Positions 58,044-64,000 of a stretch of DNA of 64,000 nucleotides are shown here, in pieces. The notes under the pieces were generated by a model. That model saw nothing but the letters and a program-made list of their open reading frames with translations. It was not told where the DNA came from and did not search any database. A program made the position numbers and the translations under genes. Position 1 is the first letter of the stretch; each line of letters starts with the position of its first letter. The stretch is from Anaerolineales bacterium (lineage in GTDB: Bacteria; Chloroflexota; Anaerolineae; Aggregatilineales; J027), in assembly GCA_020634155.1 (NCBI GenBank), contig JACKCI010000001.1, positions 1,337,306 through 1,401,305 of the forward strand, given 5' to 3'.

Positions 58044-59041
58044 ACGCAATACTTCAAGACTGGCAAACCCGCTTCTGGCAACCTCAAGACCTCGAAACAC
58101 CAGTTAATCTATGGTTACGGCGTGGGCGTGGCTTTGCTGCTATTGCGCTCCTCGTCGTGGGGTTACTGATCGGCCTGATTAACGGCAACCTTTTCATGGT
58201 AGCTACCGCCATCTGGTTAGCAATCGCTGTGGCCTACCCAGTACATGGCTTTTTGATACTCTACTGCCTGATTACCGTGTACCCCATCTCGCGGGTGGTC
58301 ACCATTTCTCTACGCCCTGCCCAAAACCTGCTTTCAACCACATTGGCAGTCATCCCCGAAGGGGCCACCTTGCAGTCCTATCGTAACTTATTCACCGAGC
58401 ATAATTTTGCGCTCTGGGTCTGGAATAGCTTGGTGATTACCGTTGTCGTCTCTATCCTTGGTGTGATTGTTGCCGCTACCAGCGCCTATGCCTTCTCACG
58501 CTGGAAGTTCCCCGGACGTAACGCGGGCTTGTTCTTGCTGCTCTCCACCCAAATGATTCCGGCGGGTATGCTGCTCATCCCTATTTACATCATCGTGGCC
58601 CGTCTCAATCTGGTCAACAATGTGTTGGGTCTGGCTCTCGCCTACACCACCACCGCCATCCCCTTGTCGATTTGGATTTTGCGGGGTTATTACGACACCA
58701 TCCCCTTCGACCTTGAGGAAGCCGCTATGGTGGACGGCGCAACCCGTTTGGCAGCCTTCTGGCGCGTGATTTTGCCCTTGTCCACCCCTGCCCTCGCCGT
58801 GATTTTCTTGTTCAACTTCCTCGGCGCATGGAATGAGTACATGGTGGCAAACGTCATCTTGAAAGCCGATGAGATGCAGACATGGCCGCTGGGCTTGAAT
58901 TCCTTAATCGGTCAATTCCAGACCGAGTGGGGCACTTTTGCGGCTGGCTCGGTACTCATTACTGTTCCAGTAGTTGCCTTGTTCCTCTATAGCTCACGCT
59001 GGCTAGTCGGTGGTTTGACCCTCGGCTCGGTCAAGGGCTAA
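58040..59041 (+). CDS. MalG-type ABC permease
   Basis: ATGA overlap with the upstream permease. EAA loop LEEAAMVDGATRLAAFWRVILP. Confidence 0.88.
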   Translation: MNAILQDWQTRFWQPQDLETPVNLWLRRGRGFAAIALLVVGLLIGLINGNLFMVATAIWLAIAVAYPVHGFLILYCLITVYPISRVVTISLRPAQNLLSTTLAVIPEGATLQSYRNLFTEHNFALWVWNSLVITVVVSILGVIVAATSAYAFSRWKFPGRNAGLFLLLSTQMIPAGMLLIPIYIIVARLNLVNNVLGLALAYTTTAIPLSIWILRGYYDTIPFDLEEAAMVDGATRLAAFWRVILPLSTPALAVIFLFNFLGAWNEYMVANVILKADEMQTWPLGLNSLIGQFQTEWGTFAAGSVLITVPVVALFLYSSRWLVGGLTLGSVKG

Positions 59042-59063
59042 AGCCATCTATTTCGCTTGAATC

Positions 59064-59099
59064 AAAAGGGAGCGGTCATTGCAGGTCACTCCCTTTTTT
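59064..59099. terminator. Candidate bidirectional rho-independent terminator between convergent permease and glucosidase genes
   Basis: AAAAGGGAG (59064-59072) pairs with CTCCCTTTT (59089-59097), followed by a T-run on the + strand and preceded by an A-run (a T-run on the minus strand). The loop is long (16 nt), so the strength is uncertain. Confidence 0.45.
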
Positions 59100-59119
59100 G
59101 TTATCTCAATTCCCACAGT

Positions 59120-60796
59120 TTATCGCGCTATCCCGACATAGACCTCATACGGTTGCAACACCAGCGCCGCCAGATTATCCTCGGCGGAGTGGGCATGGGT
59201 GCCAAAAACAAACTTGCCCGCTTGGGCATCCAATTGCACTGTAACCGCCTCATCCGACATATTAAGCGCCACTAGGCAGCGTTGGTCGGCAATCTCACGC
59301 CAAAAGGCCAACACCGTCGTATGTTCCACAAAGCGAATGACACCGCGCCGCAACGCCTTATGGTTCTGACGCACCGCAATTAGGCGACGGACATAGTGCA
59401 GCACCGACTCGGGGTCTTGCTCTTGCTCGGCAACATTTACCCCTACAGCGTAGTTGGGATTAACGGGTAGCCATGTCTGCACCCCACTAGGCGAAAAACC
59501 GCCGTTAGGCATATTCGCCCACTGCATAGGGGTACGGCACTTGTCACGCCCCATGATGTTGGCAAACATCAGCGCTTCTTCCTGCCCAATTTGGCGCTTC
59601 TGCTGCAAAACGCGATAGATCCACACCCCCAAGTTATCCTTAAACCAGCTTATATCCTGCATAGGATAGTCGCCCATGCCGATTTCTTCCCCGTTATAGA
59701 TAACAGGCGTGCCATGCAACAACACCGCCATCGCCAAGGCCACCCGATACCGCGCCGGATGCTCCCCATAAAACGAAAACGAGCGTGAACGGTCATGGTT
59801 GCTCAAGGTGTTGCATTCCCACACCCCATCCGGCAGACGGGGCTGGCGCTCCAATAGCTTTTGGCGAATCTGGCTGGCATCAAAATTCTCGTCGGGATGA
59901 AAGCGCAAGATGTCAAAATTAAAGACCGAGTGCAACTCATCGACACCATTGCCATAATAACGCGGGTCATCGGTCTCCCCTAGCAGCACGCGGTCTTCGT
60001 AAGTGTCAATCAACTCGCGCAGGGCCTTCATCAGACCGTGATTTTCGGGCAAGTCATCCTGATAGCGGATTTTTTGGCGGAAGGCCTCGGTTGTCCCCTC
60101 CAGCACACCCATCGTCCAATTCAGGAATATCTCCTCCAGCCCAACATTCACCTCAGCGTCAGGCAAATCAGGGTCTTCATAAATCGCCCCAATCGCATCT
60201 AACCGAAAGCCATCCACACCGCGATCCAGCCAAAAGCGCACCTCGTCAAACATGCGTTGCTTAACGACTGGATTGCGCCAATTGAGGTCAGGCTGCTCTT
60301 TGAAAAAGTAGTGATAGTAATATTGGCCTACCGTCTCATCGTATTGCCACGCCGAGCCACCAAAAATCGACTCCCAGTCATTCGGCGGGCCACCATCCCG
60401 ACCCTCGCGCCAAATGTACCAATCATGATAAGGGTTATCCGGCCCAAGTCGTGATTGCTGGAACCACTCATGCTGGTCAGAGGTATGATTCAACACCAAG
60501 TCCAGCAAGACCCGAATCCCACGTTGATGGGCAGCCGCCAGCAAGTGGTCAAAATCGTCCAAGCTACCATAATCAGGATCAACATCCCGATAATCAGAGA
60601 TGTCATAGCCCACATCAAATTGCGGAGAAGGAAAAAAAGGCGAGAGCCACAAAACCGTAACCCCCAACCACTGCAAATAATCGAGTTTATCAATGATTCC
60701 TCGCAGGTCGCCTATCCCGTCCCCGTTGGCATCAGCAAAGGAGCGCGGATAAATTTGATAACATACAGCATCTTTCCACCAACTGGGTGTTGTCAT
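59120..60796 (-). CDS. GH13 alpha-glucosidase / oligo-1,6-glucosidase family
   Basis: WWKDAVCYQIYPRSFADANGDGIGDLRGI, DLVLNHTSDQHEWF, GFRLDAI and the NHD region are typical of GH13 subfamily exo-glucosidases. Start re-set to MTTPSWW. Confidence 0.9.
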   Translation of the reverse strand: MTTPSWWKDAVCYQIYPRSFADANGDGIGDLRGIIDKLDYLQWLGVTVLWLSPFFPSPQFDVGYDISDYRDVDPDYGSLDDFDHLLAAAHQRGIRVLLDLVLNHTSDQHEWFQQSRLGPDNPYHDWYIWREGRDGGPPNDWESIFGGSAWQYDETVGQYYYHYFFKEQPDLNWRNPVVKQRMFDEVRFWLDRGVDGFRLDAIGAIYEDPDLPDAEVNVGLEEIFLNWTMGVLEGTTEAFRQKIRYQDDLPENHGLMKALRELIDTYEDRVLLGETDDPRYYGNGVDELHSVFNFDILRFHPDENFDASQIRQKLLERQPRLPDGVWECNTLSNHDRSRSFSFYGEHPARYRVALAMAVLLHGTPVIYNGEEIGMGDYPMQDISWFKDNLGVWIYRVLQQKRQIGQEEALMFANIMGRDKCRTPMQWANMPNGGFSPSGVQTWLPVNPNYAVGVNVAEQEQDPESVLHYVRRLIAVRQNHKALRRGVIRFVEHTTVLAFWREIADQRCLVALNMSDEAVTVQLDAQAGKFVFGTHAHSAEDNLAALVLQPYEVYVGIAR

Positions 60797-61056
60797 GGTC
60801 TGCCTTTCATGGCGTGCTTCATGCACGGTTGTTTGCACAAGATTATGGGAAGTTACGAGATATTCGTCTTGAGTGTTTAGCCCCTACAGACACTGCATTC
60901 TCAATAGTCGCCATTAAAATGTCAAGGCTCAACAAGCGGCCTCCAAACTTGCATTCTACACTGAAAAGACTTCTACTTATCATCAATATCATCCATTTTC
61001 GCTAAATTCTTGTATCATTGATATATCATTGCTTGATTCTTTTTTAAGGATTGTTG

Positions 61057-62835
61057 ATGGAAAAGCACTGGCAGCAAGCATGGACATCCGTTCAAAGCCA
61101 TCCGCAGCACCACCTCATCCTGACCCTCGTCGCGCTAAATGGCCTCTCACTTGCCGAGGCGGAAGCCATTACTGACCAAAGTTTTAATGTTGACCAACAG
61201 GCCATCCGCACCCCACAGGCCACCTACCCCCTCTTAATGCAAACTCAAGCAATCCTCGATACGCTCACGGCACCCTTCAGCTTTGAACACGGCACCGCCC
61301 AACGCCTTTTCGATGACTTATCCTTATCAGAAACCGATGCTCATCGGCGCTTGGCGGGCGCTATCTGGCTAACCTCGCGTGAGACTCTCGACATCCTGCA
61401 ACTGACCAACACCTCCGAGGCCCCCATCTTGCCGTTGCGCTTCACCTTCCCCTTCTCAATTGTTGGACAGGTGCATCCGATTGAACATGCCGATATGTTC
61501 AGCCAAAGCCGCGAGACTCTGCAACACGCCGCCGACTGGCTCACCCAAGAAACTATCAAACCCAAGCGCAAATTAGCCCTCAAACAATTATTGTTGCAAG
61601 GTAGTACCATCTTTTTAATCAGCAACCTCGGCGTCAATGGCCTCAATTTCTTGCACAATCTGGTGATGGGGCGACTCCTTAGCCCCCAAGCCTATGGGCA
61701 ACTTAGCCTACTCATCACCCTTCAGTTATTTTTAGGCATCATCCCCGCAGTGGCTCAAACCGTCAACGCCCGCTATGGTTCACGCTATCTGGCTAACAAT
61801 GACCTACAAAGCATCAGCCAACTCCAAACCTTTTTCCGACGCACCGTCGTGCTGATTGGCATTGCCAGTGCTATGCTCTTCCTCATCAGTTCGGGGCTGC
61901 TGGCGACTATCTTTCAAATTGATAAACGCAGCCTGTTTATACCATTGGGGGTCGCCATTCCGTTCTTTTTCCTGATGGGGTCAGATCGTGGCTTGCTCCA
62001 AACCTTCGAGCGCTACCATTGGCTCTCAGCGGTGTATGTCAGCGAGAGCACCATCCGTCTAGGCGTCGGGTTTATCTTGGTGCTGCTACTGCGTGATAGC
62101 GGGACAGGCCTCGATGGGGCCGTCTGGGCCGTTGGGCAAGCCATGTTCATTACATGGTTTATCGGCTGGTTAGCCATGCGCCATATCTCCCTACCCGCAT
62201 CAGAAGCGCCCCTAAGCACCGAAACCCGCGTCGATTGGCAAAATCTCGCCGCCGTGACCTCCATGGCCTTGTTGGGGCAGGCTCTCATCACCAATAGTGA
62301 CTTCCTACTCGTCAAAAATCTCTTTTCGCCAGATGAAGCGGGTCTCTATGCCGCCGTCAGTGTGCTAGGCCGTATTGCCTATTTCGGCGTCTTGCCCTTG
62401 ACCATCTTGGTAGTGCCAATGGTCGCCAAGCAACAAGCCCTCGGCTACCCCACCAGCCGTCTCTTGATGCTGTTACTCGGTGGGGGTATCGCCATCTGTG
62501 GCACCTTGGTCATCGGCTCAAGCCTGTTTCCCAAGCTTATTTTGGGCCTGATGTTTGGTGATGCTTATACCGATGCCGCCAATCTCTTACCCGCCTATAC
62601 CTTTGCGGCATCGCTTTTTGTGATGACCAACTTGATTATCACCTATCAAATCGCACTTGGGCGGGGTGGCGAGACATGGATGCCCTTTGTGGCCTCTGGT
62701 CTACAAGTCATAGCAATTCTCTTGTTTCATCGTACCTTGCAACAAGTCATCATCATTCAGATTATCTTGATGGCCTTGCTGCTCAGTGGGGTTATGTGGC
62801 GTGTCTTTGGACGACAAGCACTTCAGCGGCATTGA
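61057..62835 (+). CDS. Polysaccharide-biosynthesis/flippase-like (MOP/Wzx-type) polytopic membrane protein with about 190-aa soluble N-terminal extension
   Basis: AAGGA lies 6 nt before ATG 61057. There are 12 or more hydrophobic helices after residue roughly 190. The family call rests on topology and overall resemblance only. Confidence 0.6.
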   Translation: MEKHWQQAWTSVQSHPQHHLILTLVALNGLSLAEAEAITDQSFNVDQQAIRTPQATYPLLMQTQAILDTLTAPFSFEHGTAQRLFDDLSLSETDAHRRLAGAIWLTSRETLDILQLTNTSEAPILPLRFTFPFSIVGQVHPIEHADMFSQSRETLQHAADWLTQETIKPKRKLALKQLLLQGSTIFLISNLGVNGLNFLHNLVMGRLLSPQAYGQLSLLITLQLFLGIIPAVAQTVNARYGSRYLANNDLQSISQLQTFFRRTVVLIGIASAMLFLISSGLLATIFQIDKRSLFIPLGVAIPFFFLMGSDRGLLQTFERYHWLSAVYVSESTIRLGVGFILVLLLRDSGTGLDGAVWAVGQAMFITWFIGWLAMRHISLPASEAPLSTETRVDWQNLAAVTSMALLGQALITNSDFLLVKNLFSPDEAGLYAAVSVLGRIAYFGVLPLTILVVPMVAKQQALGYPTSRLLMLLLGGGIAICGTLVIGSSLFPKLILGLMFGDAYTDAANLLPAYTFAASLFVMTNLIITYQIALGRGGETWMPFVASGLQVIAILLFHRTLQQVIIIQIILMALLLSGVMWRVFGRQALQRH

Positions 62836-62872
62836 GGCTTGGTTTCAACACTACCGCCTCGTCATATTAGCT

Positions 62873-64000
62873 ATGGTCGGCAGCTTTGTCTTCCATGGCG
62901 CTTTGCTGTTGGCTGGCACCTACCGCAACACCTATGATGCCTATGTCCATATCTTCTTTGCTGACCACTACGCCCGCACATGGTGGGATTTATGGGAGCC
63001 GCGCTGGTATACGGGTTTCACGATGGTCAGCTATCCGCCCCTGACCCATCATCTGACCGCCCTGCTCTCCTACCCCTTTAGCCTCACCAGCGGCTTCATT
63101 ATCGTGATGGTGACATCCTCAGTCCTCACCACCCTTGGCGTCTATCGCTTTAGCTTGCTCTGGGTTGACCATCGACCTGCCTGCTATGCCGCCTTGCTCG
63201 TCGTCTTCAGCAGCAGCATTGCCGAGACCATCCACCTCTTTGGGCAACTCCCCACCATGTTCGTGATGGGGGTTATGCTCAACGCCCTGCCCTTTGTCGC
63301 AGCATGGATTGAGCGCGGCAATCCTCTCGATTTTATCAAAGGCTTGGCGCTGTTGATGGTGGCGGCGGCGGGACATCATGTCACCACGTTGTTTGGCATG
63401 GTCTTTTTTAGCGGCCCTATCTTCGCCACCCTGTTGCTCGATAAATTCCGCACCCCCCGCGCCGATGAACCGGACTACAGCCAACAACGCTTCACGCTCG
63501 GCATTCTCCGCAAGCGCATCATCATTCGCATCAAGCGCGTTTTCCCAACCCTGATTCGTTGCGCCATGATTGGGGTAGCGCTGATATTCATTATTGTTTT
63601 CACGGTACTCCCCTATTGGCTATGGAGCAGCAGCGACCCCATCACCCAAATCAGCATCCCACACGGAAGCCGCGAGAATTTCATCCAAAATCAGAGCATC
63701 GGCTTCATGTTCTTCGTGGTGCCTTGGGGCCTGATGATACTCATTCTGCCCTACGCTTTATATAAGGGCTTCAGCAGCCGCAACTGGATTGTGGCCTGTT
63801 CGCTGGCCTTGATGACCTTACTTGGCACGGGTGGCACCACCCCCATCCCTGCTTTCCTATTACGGGCCGCCTTCTATATCCTCACCCTTGACCGCTTCAC
63901 CTTCTGGTCAACCATCATCATCCTGCCCTTTGCAGGTCAATTTGTGGAAAGTCTGGTGCATGGGCGGCTCGGTCTATGGCTCAGTGGGCATTTCGGCAAC
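62873..64000 (+). CDS. Polytopic membrane protein, 3'-truncated by window end (possible GT-C-type glycosyltransferase; function uncertain)
   Basis: An open frame runs from after the stop at 62768-62770 to the window end with no stop; it is absent from the track because it is open-ended. Possible starts are GTG 62786, GTG 62801 or ATG 62873. The translation MVGSFVFHGALLLAGTYRNTYDAYVHIFFADHYARTWWDLWEPRWYTGF... is highly hydrophobic. Confidence 0.6.
   Translation, partial: MVGSFVFHGALLLAGTYRNTYDAYVHIFFADHYARTWWDLWEPRWYTGFTMVSYPPLTHHLTALLSYPFSLTSGFIIVMVTSSVLTTLGVYRFSLLWVDHRPACYAALLVVFSSSIAETIHLFGQLPTMFVMGVMLNALPFVAAWIERGNPLDFIKGLALLMVAAAGHHVTTLFGMVFFSGPIFATLLLDKFRTPRADEPDYSQQRFTLGILRKRIIIRIKRVFPTLIRCAMIGVALIFIIVFTVLPYWLWSSSDPITQISIPHGSRENFIQNQSIGFMFFVVPWGLMILILPYALYKGFSSRNWIVACSLALMTLLGTGGTTPIPAFLLRAAFYILTLDRFTFWSTIIILPFAGQFVESLVHGRLGLWLSGHFGN

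Overview
This is a bacterial chromosomal window. Most genes look about 50-60% GC by eye, and the taxon cannot be assigned without a database search. All domain calls below come from motif recognition by eye; no database search, folding or statistics were run, and several start codons are my re-interpretations of the ORF track.

Left end (1-5922): a very large CRISPR array with 81 complete 37-nt repeats. It is cut by the window edge and built from two contiguous repeat-allele blocks. There are no cas genes anywhere in the window.

Directly downstream (6815-19115) is the most interesting locus, a diversity-generating retroelement (DGR):
- DGR-type reverse transcriptase, 11510-12601 (-).
- Avd-like four-helix-bundle gene, 12565-12894 (+).
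- Template repeat (TR), 13127-13252 (-).
- Two convergent, paralogous target genes of about 1300 aa bracket this core. Each product combines an N-terminal APH/kinase-like domain, a central P-loop STAND (NACHT-like) NTPase and a C-terminal FGE-sulfatase/C-type-lectin-fold domain.
- Each target ends in a variable repeat (VR1 11313-11438, VR2 13386-13511). Every TR/VR difference falls on a TR adenine.
- Target 2 is preceded by a caspase-fold (peptidase C14) gene that carries a degenerate copy of the same N-terminal domain. Target 1 is preceded by an orphan 244-aa gene.

I read this locus as a DGR-programmed STAND/caspase conflict or signalling system sitting next to CRISPR.

The remainder is accessory metabolism and housekeeping:
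- a low-GC ABC exporter islet;
- a form-II CoxMSL-type molybdenum hydroxylase with FdrA/DUF1116-like/cyclase/DUF2877-like/amidase genes;
- a SARP-NB-ARC-TPR regulator;
- three two-component systems;
- two sugar ABC transporters, one permease carrying about 8 tandem SH3-like repeats;
- a GH13 alpha-glucosidase;
- a selenocysteine-encoding selD, whose in-frame UGA was missed by the ORF track;
- a cytochrome bc-type operon;
- envelope-polysaccharide-type membrane proteins.
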